DNA of 30,149 bases. Origin: Bdellovibrionota bacterium. GTDB lineage: Bacteria > Bdellovibrionota_C > UBA2361. Below are positions 1-8,193 of this stretch, in pieces (the first letter of the stretch is position 1; every line of letters begins with the position of its first letter). The DNA lies in contig JBILDU010000030.1 in the NCBI GenBank assembly GCA_044352465.1, forward strand, positions 1-30,149. The letters are read 5' to 3'. Made by a program: the position numbers and the translations under genes. The notes beneath the pieces are model-generated. The model was not told where the DNA came from. It saw nothing but the letters and a program-made list of their open reading frames with translations, and did not search any database.

Positions 1-2
1 CC

Positions 3-1082
3 CCCCTTGTAGGGGTCGGTGTATTTCTCTCAACGACACACGCCCTCGCCCAGACTCGGGCGCGGCTCCAGGGGAACTTCAAGCGGTTAGCGACCGTTCT
101 CTTCGGCGCTGCTCTCGTCGGGGCTCTAGGGGCTCTCGGTCTTGCCGCCCTCGGCGTCACCGATGAGCGCCCCCTTCTCTTCTCACTTATACTGACGGTC
201 ACCCTCGGTATCGTCGGGCTCGGCGTCCCGGCGCGTATGCTTTTGCTCCGACCGAGTGGACTTACCTTGGTCGAACGACGACACATCGTTGCAGTTGGAT
301 TCGCCGGCGTCGTCACCGCGCCAGCGTATTGGCTTCTCAGCTCCGCCGATCGTTGGTTTCTTACCGCGCTTCAAGGCACCGCTATCGCCGGGGTCTACTC
401 CGTTTCGGCGAGTGTAGGGATCGCCGGACTCGTGGTTTCTCAGGCGTTCCTCTCAGCCTGGTTGCCCGAGGCCATCAACGAATTCGAGCGCGCTCCCGAA
501 ACAGCTCCACGGCACCTCGCACTGCTCCAGCAACGCATCATCCTTGTCTGCGCGCTCGTGTGGCTTCTCGTTGCGATGATGGGACCGGAGGTGATCCGGA
601 TCTTGGCCGCGCCTATCTTCCACTCCGCTATCGGGGTCATTCCGTGGCTCGCGGGAGGGATATTCTTCTACAGTTTTTTTCATCTCGCTAATGCGAGCCT
701 CCTCATAAAAAAGCGCGCGGGCCGTTCTGTCGTATGGTGGATTATGGGAGGCTTGATCAGTATCGTACTCAATCTTGTCCTCATCCCTCGCTTTGGAGCG
801 CTGGGGGCGGCGATGGCTCAATGCTTTTCGTTCGCGGTGGTTGGAATGGGCTCGATGATAGCCGCCCATCGTACGCTCCCCCTCACGATCGGCGGGCCGC
901 TATGGCTCACCCTCTGCGCCATCGGTTTTCTCGGCGTCGCCGCAGCCGGTGCCTGGGCGTCGAATCCTTGGATGAGTGTCCTTTTGAAGCTGCCGTGCCT
1001 TGGAGCTGTTAGCTTCATTGCTCTACGGATACTCGAGCCGGCGCTTATGCAGGACCTGTGGGCTCTTCGACCGAGACGTTAG
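3..1082 (+). CDS. Oligosaccharide/polysaccharide flippase (Wzx/RfbX-like, MOP superfamily), 5'-truncated by the window edge
   Basis: The frame is open from base 3 (PLVGVGVFLSTTHALAQTRAR...) through the listed ORF 237..1082. It has many TM helices and typical flippase motifs: SADRWFL..L.G...AGVYSV and LNLVLIPRFGALGAAMA. Confidence 0.85.
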   Translation, partial: PLVGVGVFLSTTHALAQTRARLQGNFKRLATVLFGAALVGALGALGLAALGVTDERPLLFSLILTVTLGIVGLGVPARMLLLRPSGLTLVERRHIVAVGFAGVVTAPAYWLLSSADRWFLTALQGTAIAGVYSVSASVGIAGLVVSQAFLSAWLPEAINEFERAPETAPRHLALLQQRIILVCALVWLLVAMMGPEVIRILAAPIFHSAIGVIPWLAGGIFFYSFFHLANASLLIKKRAGRSVVWWIMGGLISIVLNLVLIPRFGALGAAMAQCFSFAVVGMGSMIAAHRTLPLTIGGPLWLTLCAIGFLGVAAAGAWASNPWMSVLLKLPCLGAVSFIALRILEPALMQDLWALRPRR

Positions 1083-1103
1083 CGGCGGCTCCCCAGGCGA
1101 TCG

Positions 1104-2126
1104 TCAACGGCCGCCGCGCCACTCGATATATCGAATACTCCACCGGTAGTTCTGATTGAACTGTTTCGGACTCGAGAGATACGCTCCTCGCACCCCGCCA
1201 GCGAATATCGCATCTCCCCGCTCAAGAAACCGCGGTTCGCCGGTCTCGTGGTACAACCACCCATAAAGTGGTGCGATGAGCAGGTTAAGATCTGGGCTCG
1301 GCTCTCGCCCCCCGGAGGGCACCACCCGATCGGTGTAGGTAAAGGCACCGACACCGGAAGACCACATCCGCTCCCACATGAGATCGGCGGCGCGAATGAG
1401 CGCTGGTTTAATCCGCTCATCCCCGTAACGTTGCGAATACTGGATTAAGGCCTGTGCCGTCAGCGCTACCATAAATGGACGGACGTACGGTGCCGCGCCG
1501 CTTTCGAACCATTGATTCAGATGACCGAGCGCGTGGTCAACCAGTATCCGAAGGCGAGCCCGCGATGCAGCGCCAAGCTCCTCAGCGTTGAGATAGGCGG
1601 TGATAACGTAGGCCACCTCTCGACTCATCTCACTACTGACGGTCTCCTCAAGGCGGGTCGAGTCACGCGCAAAGGCCCCGTTACGGGCGAGAAGAAGCAC
1701 CGCTTCCTTCGAGCGCTCTTCGCCGGTACGAAGATAATCTTCGGTAAGCCCCCGGCTGAAGTTCCAATACCCCGGAATCGCCCCGTTATTGGGTAGGACA
1801 TAGCGGTCACGATAGATCTTTAACGCGGCCGAGGCGCACTCATACCAGGCGGATTCATCGAGATAGTCACCGATCTGATAGAAGACCCAGGCTGCATCGT
1901 AGTAGGTTGCAGCCAAAGCTTCATCGAAGGAGATATCGGAGCGTTTCAGAGCCTGGCAAGTGGTGAGCCCAAAGGAGCGCATTTGCGACTCCCACCGGGC
2001 TATCTCCGGAATAGAGGAGGTCTGCTGGTCCGACGACACCTGCGCCGTCACCCCACCGTTTGTGGAACCGTGCGAACACCCTCCCAGAAGAAGGACACTA
2101 ACAACAATGAGCCCCCGTAGCGACAT
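1104..2126 (-). CDS. Hypothetical lipoprotein, aromatic-rich and probably all-alpha
   Basis: 340-aa ORF with a signal peptide and lipobox LLGG-C, and a GGGGAGGGGAG SD-like run just before the ATG. Function is not recognisable. Confidence 0.75.
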   Translation of the reverse strand: MSLRGLIVVSVLLLGGCSHGSTNGGVTAQVSSDQQTSSIPEIARWESQMRSFGLTTCQALKRSDISFDEALAATYYDAAWVFYQIGDYLDESAWYECASAALKIYRDRYVLPNNGAIPGYWNFSRGLTEDYLRTGEERSKEAVLLLARNGAFARDSTRLEETVSSEMSREVAYVITAYLNAEELGAASRARLRILVDHALGHLNQWFESGAAPYVRPFMVALTAQALIQYSQRYGDERIKPALIRAADLMWERMWSSGVGAFTYTDRVVPSGGREPSPDLNLLIAPLYGWLYHETGEPRFLERGDAIFAGGVRGAYLSSPKQFNQNYRWSIRYIEWRGGR

Positions 2127-2322
2127 CTCCCCTCCCCCGTTAAAAGGAGGTGAGCGTAAGCACAGAAGGCGGGCTCCGCTATGCGGTCGATCACACGTTT
2201 TCAGCTCAATTAACGCCCCGAATGCCCCGTCAAAGGTGTTGGCTCCGGAAGTCCGAGCGTGGGCTGCGAAAACACCATAACTTAATCGGCGATTCTCCAG
2301 CGATGTGCTGCACTACCCGATT

Positions 2323-4008
2323 TTATGAATGTGTCAGCGGCTTAAATTTAATTCGCTTCGGCTGGACTGCGTCAGCTCCGAGCCGCTTCTTCTTATCTTC
2401 TTCGTAGTCCTGGAAGTTCCCCTCACACAAGACGACCCGACTATCCCCCTCGAACGCCATGATGTGGGTGCAGATGCGGTCGAGAAACCACCGATCGTGG
2501 CTGATGACTAAGATGCACCCGGCGTACTTCAGCAGGGCGTCCTCAAGCGCTCGAAGAGTATTCACATCGAGATCGTTCGTCGGCTCGTCGAGGAGCAGAA
2601 CGTTTGAACCGGTTTTCAAGAGCTTCGCGAGATGAAGCCGGTTCCTTTCTCCGCCGGAGAGCATCTTGATCTTCTTTTGCTGATCGGTTCCGGTGAAGTT
2701 AAACCGAGCACAATACGCCCGCGCCGACACCTCCTTCTTTCCGACCAGAATCGTTTCGTTCGGGCCATCGGAGATCTCCTCCCACACCGTGTTCTCATCC
2801 TTGAGGACATCGCGGCTCTGGTCGACGTAAGCTAGCTGCACCGAATCACCGACCGAGACTGTCCCGCTATCGGGCTTCTCTTTGCCGGTGATCATTCGAA
2901 ACAAGGTAGATTTACCGGCGCCGTTCGCGCCGATGATACCCACGATACTACCGGGCCGGATACTAAACGAAAGATTCTCGATGAGCGCGCGCCCATCATA
3001 ACCCTTCGATATATTCTCCGCCTCAATCACCTTACCCCCCAAGCGTTGGCCGGTGGGAATAAAGATCTCGACTTCCTCAATCCTCTCGTTCTCCTGCTGG
3101 GCTGCAAGCTCCTCGAACGCCGTGATACGCGCCTTATTCTTCGCCTGACGCGCCCGTGGGCTCATCCGGATCCACTCAAGCTCTCGCTCCAGGGTTTTCT
3201 GGCGCTTCGTCTCCTGCTTCTCCTCGAGAGCAAGACGATCCTTCTTCTGTTCAAGCCACGAGGAGTAGTTCCCTTTCCAGGGTATCCCGTGACCGCGATC
3301 GAGCTCGAGGATCCACTCGGCGCTATTATCTAAGAAGTATCGATCGTGGGTCACCGCGATGACCGTACCTTCATAGCGTTGAAGAAACTGCTCCAGCCAC
3401 AATACCGACTCCGCATCGAGATGGTTGGTGGGCTCGTCGAGGAGGAGGATATCCGGCTTTTGCAAGAGCAGGCGACAGAGCGCGACGCGGCGTTTCTCTC
3501 CACCGGAGAGGACCTTTACATCAGCGTCGCCGGGGGGAAGACGGAGTGCATCCATCGCTATCTCGATCGTCCGATCAAGCTCCCACCCGTTGAGCGCTTC
3601 AATCGTCTCCTGAACCTTCGCCTGCTCCTCTATGAGCTTCTCCATTTTATCGGGATCGAGGTCAGGGTCTCCCAGTTGGGTGCTGATCTCTTCGAAGCGC
3701 TTGAGCGCGTTGACGGTCTCGGCGAGACCCTCTTCAACGTTTCCACGCACGTCTTTTGCCGAGTTCAGCTCGGGCTCCTGCGGGAGATACCCGAACGTCA
3801 GCTTTTCCTGCCGGGTGATCTCACCGCGATACTCCGTATCGAGCCCCGCGATTATCTTCAGGAGGGTCGATTTACCGCTGCCGTTGAGACCCAGCACCCC
3901 GATCTTCGCCCCGTAGAAAAAGGAGAGGCTGATATCCCGGATGACCTGTTTCCCTCCGGGATAGATCTTGTTCACCTTATGCATCGAAAAGGCGTATTCG
4001 GTCGTCAT
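2323..4008 (-). CDS. ettA: Energy-dependent translational throttle protein EttA (ABC-F ATPase)
   Basis: Two ABC domains (GLNGSGKS/LSGGE/LLLDEPTNHLD and GANGAGKS/LSGGE/LLLDEPTNDLD), no TM segments, and EttA-typical segments ISLSFFYGAKIGVLG, WILELDRG.GIPWKGNYSSWLEQK and LERELEWIR. Start moved to the ATG at 4008 (MTTEYAFSM), which is preceded by GGAGA. Confidence 0.95.
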   Translation of the reverse strand: MTTEYAFSMHKVNKIYPGGKQVIRDISLSFFYGAKIGVLGLNGSGKSTLLKIIAGLDTEYRGEITRQEKLTFGYLPQEPELNSAKDVRGNVEEGLAETVNALKRFEEISTQLGDPDLDPDKMEKLIEEQAKVQETIEALNGWELDRTIEIAMDALRLPPGDADVKVLSGGEKRRVALCRLLLQKPDILLLDEPTNHLDAESVLWLEQFLQRYEGTVIAVTHDRYFLDNSAEWILELDRGHGIPWKGNYSSWLEQKKDRLALEEKQETKRQKTLERELEWIRMSPRARQAKNKARITAFEELAAQQENERIEEVEIFIPTGQRLGGKVIEAENISKGYDGRALIENLSFSIRPGSIVGIIGANGAGKSTLFRMITGKEKPDSGTVSVGDSVQLAYVDQSRDVLKDENTVWEEISDGPNETILVGKKEVSARAYCARFNFTGTDQQKKIKMLSGGERNRLHLAKLLKTGSNVLLLDEPTNDLDVNTLRALEDALLKYAGCILVISHDRWFLDRICTHIMAFEGDSRVVLCEGNFQDYEEDKKKRLGADAVQPKRIKFKPLTHS

Positions 4009-4177
4009 GCGTCGGTCTCCGAAAATGAATGAAAATGCGCACCGCGGTGTACAAGCGCGCCGCCAAAGGCGGCGCTCGAAAATAATGGCGGTGAAACGTA
4101 TGCCGGGAGTATGCCGGAAAGCGTTCAGGGGAGCAACGGCGGTGGCGTCGCGCTCCCTTTCACGGTATCGTACTGCC

Positions 4178-5044
4178 ATGTCTGAACATTACGCCGCCTC
4201 AGCTGAGCGGCCTGATTACAGCCACCGTTTTCACGTCGGCAATATCGGCGACGTGTGGAAGCACGTCGTTTGGGGCGCACTCGTCCGTGAACTCCAGCGC
4301 CAGCCCCACCCCCTCTCGATCATCGACTGTCACGGTGGCAGCGGAGTATATCGTCTCGGAGCCACCGGCGAATGGACGGCGGGTATCGGACGACTACTTG
4401 ATGGCGGTGCCGAATGTGCGGAAGGCGCGCTCAAAGACTATCTCGAGGCGGTGGTTCGATTTGGCTTCACGGCGGGACGTCTGGAGCGCTACCCCGGCTC
4501 ACCGATAATCCTGAGCACTCTTCTACGACCGTCCGACACCGTGACGTGTTACGAGATCGATCCGGAGGCTCACGCCCACCTTGCTGAGGCTACTTCGACC
4601 CATCGGTTTGAAACCCGATGCAGCGATGGCGTCGCCGCATTGGGTGAACTTTCAAATGAACCGGAACGCACCACACTCGCACTGGTGGATCCTCCGTGGA
4701 ACGTCAAAGCGGATTGGCAGACTATCCCGCGGGCGATCATCGCCGCAGCTACCCGTGCCCCGGCCGCGTGTATCGCCCTGTGGTATCCGATTAAAAGCTA
4801 CACCCGGGTTAATGTCATGCTCAAAGAGCTCCGCACGGCCGGACTTCCTTGCCTGGTAGGTGAGCTTATGACGACCCCTCTTGAACGGCGGCACAATCGA
4901 CTCAACGGTAGCGGCGTCTGCATCGTTCGTCCCCCGTCAGAGCTGTCGACTCGGATCGCTCCCGCCGGTGCCGCAATAGGACCGCGCTGCGCCACTCACG
5001 GCGGTTATTATGAACTCCATCTCCGTGAATGGGCCAATCGCTGA
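4178..5044 (+). CDS. rlmJ: 23S rRNA (adenine-2030-N6)-methyltransferase RlmJ
   Basis: Motifs YSHRFHVGNIGDVWKH, D.HGGSGVY, GEW..GI.RL, YPGSP, LVDPPW, WYPIK and LNGSG. Start moved to the ATG at 4178 (MSEHY). Confidence 0.9.
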   Translation: MSEHYAASAERPDYSHRFHVGNIGDVWKHVVWGALVRELQRQPHPLSIIDCHGGSGVYRLGATGEWTAGIGRLLDGGAECAEGALKDYLEAVVRFGFTAGRLERYPGSPIILSTLLRPSDTVTCYEIDPEAHAHLAEATSTHRFETRCSDGVAALGELSNEPERTTLALVDPPWNVKADWQTIPRAIIAAATRAPAACIALWYPIKSYTRVNVMLKELRTAGLPCLVGELMTTPLERRHNRLNGSGVCIVRPPSELSTRIAPAGAAIGPRCATHGGYYELHLREWANR

Positions 5045-5125
5045 ATGTCGGCTCGCGTTTGTCAGTAACGCCCACGCGCGGCGATGTCTTTTCGTACCCC
5101 GCACCAAAAAGTTCCTTCGCTGCGT

Positions 5126-5154
5126 TTGACGAAATCGTGCTGACTCAATATAAA
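5126..5154 (+). promoter_or_regulatory. Sigma70-type promoter for the dockerin-like gene
   Basis: TTGACG (5126-5131), 17-bp spacer, TATAAA (5149-5154), overlapped by a perfect 11-bp inverted repeat. Confidence 0.65.
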
Positions 5155-5196
5155 CACCAGCACGATTTATGAGGCACTCATCGAGGGAGCGGAAGC

Positions 5197-5739
5197 ATGA
5201 AATTACGTCGTTCTTTGGTCATTTTGGCGTTAGGCGCGAGTATCGGTATCGGTAGTGCCTCCGCCCAGCAGGCCCCGCAGTGCCTGGGTGACGTCGTATC
5301 CGATGGGCGAGTCGACATTAACGACGTGGTAGCGGTCTTGAATGCTTTCGGTGCAACCGGAGCGACCTACAAGGTGAACTACCTCGCGGACCTCTTCTTT
5401 GATGGAGAGATCAACGGGGCCGACCTGACGATCGTGCTTTCGAACCTTGGCTCACCGTGCACCGATTGCCCCAACGATCTGAACCGCGACGGTACCGTGA
5501 ATGCCGAGGATCTCTCGATTCTGCTCGGCAGCGGCTCAGCCTCAGGCAATACGATGGTCTCCCTCCTGAACGATTGGGGGAAGAGCTGCGCAGCTTTACG
5601 ACGCCGTCAGCTCACGACGAAAGGTCCCTCACGCGCTGATCCAGGGGTCTTGAACGCGGAGATGCAAAATAGCGAGCTGCGGCGGCTGGGAAAGCGCCTC
5701 GCCAAGATCGTGATCAAGAGCGAGACCGCGGCAAACTAG
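5197..5739 (+). CDS. Secreted protein with three dockerin/EF-hand-like Ca-binding repeats
   Basis: Sec signal ending ASA-Q, repeats CLGDVVSDGRVDIND, LADLFFDGEINGADL and CPNDLNRDGTVNAEDL, and GAGGGAG upstream. Confidence 0.75.
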   Translation: MKLRRSLVILALGASIGIGSASAQQAPQCLGDVVSDGRVDINDVVAVLNAFGATGATYKVNYLADLFFDGEINGADLTIVLSNLGSPCTDCPNDLNRDGTVNAEDLSILLGSGSASGNTMVSLLNDWGKSCAALRRRQLTTKGPSRADPGVLNAEMQNSELRRLGKRLAKIVIKSETAAN

Positions 5740-5854
5740 TCCTTCGACCAATAAGTTTTTTCACTCCCGCGGAGTGAAAAACTAACTCAGGACTAGTGGT
5801 GAGCATAAATTCTATTACCTTGCAGGTGAAAGAATTTAATGGTCGAACCACTAG
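5736..5854. repeat. Two inverted copies of a ~61-bp CTAG-bounded palindromic element (REP/MITE-like)
   Basis: Copy 1 is 5736-5796 (CTAGTCCT...AGGACTAG) and copy 2 is 5793-5854 (CTAGTGGT...ACCACTAG). The reverse complement of copy 2 matches copy 1 at 24 of the first 29 nt. Confidence 0.75.
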
Positions 5855-5920
5855 GACCACGACCAGAGCGTTTTTTCTCCTGAGAGCAGGCCCAGAATGG
5901 TGTTACCTCGTGTGCCCAGC

Positions 5921-5955
5921 CTGCATTGCCCATACTCACATGGGCAATGCAGTTT
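5921..5955. terminator. Perfect 13-bp hairpin between convergent genes, probable terminator
   Basis: CTGCATTGCCCAT-ACTCAC-ATGGGCAATGCAG followed by only TTT on the + strand, so the U-tract is short. Confidence 0.5.
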
Positions 5956-6003
5956 AGGTGTGGCACTCAAGGAGCGATTGTACTTTTCATGAAGGGTCTT
6001 CGC

Positions 6004-6468
6004 TTATCGCGAAGCTCTCTGAGCTCGGGGGCGCCGGCGCGGAACGATCGTCCCCAGAGCCACGAAGCCGATAAGAAATCCGACAACCGAACCGACAAGC
6101 CCCTCCAGTGCACCAGAAACAACGTGAGCCTCGGGCCCCTCCGGCTCCCTTAAAGGGCTGAGGTTCACTCCGCCCCCCTGGTCCAGCGGCCGAGCAGCAG
6201 CTTCAGTGCGGCCACCTGAATGGGAAGACGCGGCCTCTCTGCTTCGTGCGGAGCGCCTGTTCACTCGTTCGAGGAGATAGGCAGCGCAAAGCGCCAGACA
6301 CCCGGCCCCCAGAAGGATCGCAAATCCCGGCAAAAAGCGCCTCAGCCATATCCCCACACCGAGCGACACGAGTCCGATCCCAAGAGACAGGAGAACCCTC
6401 ACCAGCGCGCGCTCACGCGCCTCCACGAGAGCCCCGCGAAATATCGACGACAGCCACGTCGTGCCCAC
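6004..6468 (-). CDS. Small membrane protein (two N-terminal TMs plus a C-terminal TM; YqjE/holin-like position)
   Basis: 3' part of ORF 6004..6672. The GTG at 6468 lies 5 nt after the stop of the upstream gene, with GAGGG upstream. Hydrophobic segments VLLSLGIGLVSLGVGIWL, FAILLGAGCLALCAAYLL and LVGSVVGFLIGFVALG. Confidence 0.55.
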   Translation of the reverse strand: MGTTWLSSIFRGALVEARERALVRVLLSLGIGLVSLGVGIWLRRFLPGFAILLGAGCLALCAAYLLERVNRRSARSREAASSHSGGRTEAAARPLDQGGGVNLSPLREPEGPEAHVVSGALEGLVGSVVGFLIGFVALGTIVPRRRPRAQRASR

Positions 6469-6473
6469 TGCCT

Positions 6474-6884
6474 TTAATCCCTCTGCCTCGAAGCTGATCC
6501 GCGCTGAGTTCGGCGTGGCCGAGTAAGCAAGACCCCCGCGAGAGCCCCGCCGACGAGCCCACCGACGAAAAGAGTCGGATGAGCCTCCGCGATTCGCGTC
6601 GCTCGACGAAGATGGTCGGTGGGAGATCGTTCCGCTATCAGCGCTGCCGTTGAACCGAGACGCGCCCCACACAAACGCAGGAGTGCAGCAGTTCCAGGTT
6701 GCCGGCGCGCCAAATGACGCGCGGCCTGCGACAACTGCTCAGCTACCTCATCGACTCGCTCGGCGAACTCATCCTTTCGGTGCGTCACCCAACCGGCGAA
6801 AGATGCGGCGAGCTCATCACCGAGTGAGCCGCGCGACCGATCGCCATCGACTTCGACCCGACCCTCGCGGTACGTTGAATCCAT
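6474..6884 (-). CDS. Tail-anchored helical protein resembling the ElaB/YqjD/DUF883 class
   Basis: ATG at 6884 with GGAGG 6 nt upstream, a helical body, and the C-terminal pattern IAEAHPTLFVGGLVGGALAGVLLTR.RR. Confidence 0.6.
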   Translation of the reverse strand: MDSTYREGRVEVDGDRSRGSLGDELAASFAGWVTHRKDEFAERVDEVAEQLSQAARHLARRQPGTAALLRLCGARLGSTAALIAERSPTDHLRRATRIAEAHPTLFVGGLVGGALAGVLLTRPRRTQRGSASRQRD

Positions 6885-7014
6885 CACTGCCTCCATAAAT
6901 TGCCCGGAAAGGCGGAGGTTATTCGGGAGACGCGGTTTTTCCGTATGACGCGCCGCAGCCTCACTGGCAGTCGAGTCGTTTGACGACCCCGCGAGGCTCA
7001 ATCAGCCCCTGGGC

Positions 7015-7761
7015 TCAGGAGGATTCACCTTCGCTTTCCGCGCTGAGAACGCGATCGAGGCGACCGAATAGGCCGAGCAATATCCCCATCTCCCGCTTGT
7101 CGAGATCGATTCGCCGAAAGAGATTCCTCACCAGCCCCGGTACCGGCTCGGGGGTTCCAACGCGCACGAAGCCAGAGAGACTCATCACCCGATCGAGGAG
7201 CCTATCGAGCTGGGTGTAATCGTTCCATACCGCTGCGATACGCTCCGGCGCGACCTCACCGACCGGCGGATCTCGTCGAGCGATCTCAAACAACGCGAGA
7301 ATCACTGCTTGGGCGAGATTAAACGACGGGCATGCGGCCGACGACGGGATTCGCAGCACCAAGCGACATTGCTCGATGTGCTCCTGCCGAAGCCCGTTGT
7401 CCTCCGGGCCAAAGACCAGCGCGGTGCGTTGGGGCACAGCGCCAGCAAGCGACTCGCCCCACTCAAGTAAATTAAGCGGTGCACCCCTATTCTTCCCCTC
7501 GCGTCCCGAGAAGCCGATAACGTGCTCGCACTTGCTCAGGGCATCCTCCAAGGTAGGGTGAACCTTGAGCGCGTCGAGAACATCATCGGCCCAACACGCC
7601 GTCATCGCCGCGCGCTCGCGATCAAAATGGGGTGGGGCGACCAGGTGAAGATGAGAAAACCCCAGGTTCTTCATCGCTCGCGCGACCGACCCGATGTTGC
7701 GGCTTTCCCCCGGCTCAACGAGAACAACGTGAAAGAAATCGTGAAAGGTCTGTGACGTCAT
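7015..7761 (-). CDS. trmJ: SPOUT RNA 2'-O-methyltransferase, TrmJ/LasT type
   Basis: Motifs VVLVEP..SRNIGSVARAMKNLG, ALVFGPEDNGL and IPS....PSFNLAQAV. Confidence 0.85.
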   Translation of the reverse strand: MTSQTFHDFFHVVLVEPGESRNIGSVARAMKNLGFSHLHLVAPPHFDRERAAMTACWADDVLDALKVHPTLEDALSKCEHVIGFSGREGKNRGAPLNLLEWGESLAGAVPQRTALVFGPEDNGLRQEHIEQCRLVLRIPSSAACPSFNLAQAVILALFEIARRDPPVGEVAPERIAAVWNDYTQLDRLLDRVMSLSGFVRVGTPEPVPGLVRNLFRRIDLDKREMGILLGLFGRLDRVLSAESEGESS

Positions 7762-7869
7762 CGCTTATGTCTGCGGATGCTCTTGTGTATCCCGGGGCTC
7801 AACCACCGGGGTTGCCGGAATAGAGCGGGAGAGGTAGTCCTCGGCGCAACGATCAGCTTCGACAGAATC

Positions 7870-7932
7870 CCGTTGACAGAGCGCCGTTAACAGAGCGCCG
7901 TTAACAGAGCACGGTTAACAGAGCACCGTTAA
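7870..7932. repeat. 14-bp tandem repeat, 4.5 copies (consensus CCGTTAACAGAGCR)
   Basis: Units start at 7870, 7884, 7898 and 7912, with a partial unit at 7926. Confidence 0.9.
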
Positions 7933-8132
7933 TGGACAACGTCTTTCGTCGTGAAGTCGCCATCTCGCGGGATAAAGTCGTACTGAGCACCAGCCTCAGC
8001 ATCGATAACTTTTTGCAGCTCCTCGGGCGAACGCTCCTGAGCCTCCACCATGCGAAGATAGAGATCGTTCAGCCGCTGGGAGTACCACCGTTTTAAATCC
8101 TGCGATTTTTTATCCATCGGTTTTTCTCGCAT
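7929..8132 (-). CDS. Small hypothetical protein (67 aa)
   Basis: Strong SD GGAGGT 9 nt before the ATG, charged helical protein-like composition, and no competing long ORF. Confidence 0.65.
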   Translation of the reverse strand: MREKPMDKKSQDLKRWYSQRLNDLYLRMVEAQERSPEELQKVIDAEAGAQYDFIPRDGDFTTKDVVH

Positions 8133-8193
8133 CGGAATAGCACCTCCGCGGCGCTCTCAATTCAAAAGATCTTGGCGACTCTCGGAGGAGTCC

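Noticed and set aside
3346..4032. Long antisense ORFs (for example 3346..4032, 22776..23444, 29093..29713)
   Set aside because: They are shadows of well-supported genes on the opposite strand, which is expected in GC-rich DNA.
3968..4179. Apparent head-to-head overlap of the extended ettA and rlmJ ORFs
   Set aside because: Family similarity begins at ATG 4008 (ettA, with SD) and ATG 4178 (rlmJ); the extensions are ORF-caller artefacts.
7870..7932. Tandem repeat as a CRISPR array
   Set aside because: The units are 14 bp and contiguous, with no spacers and no cas genes.
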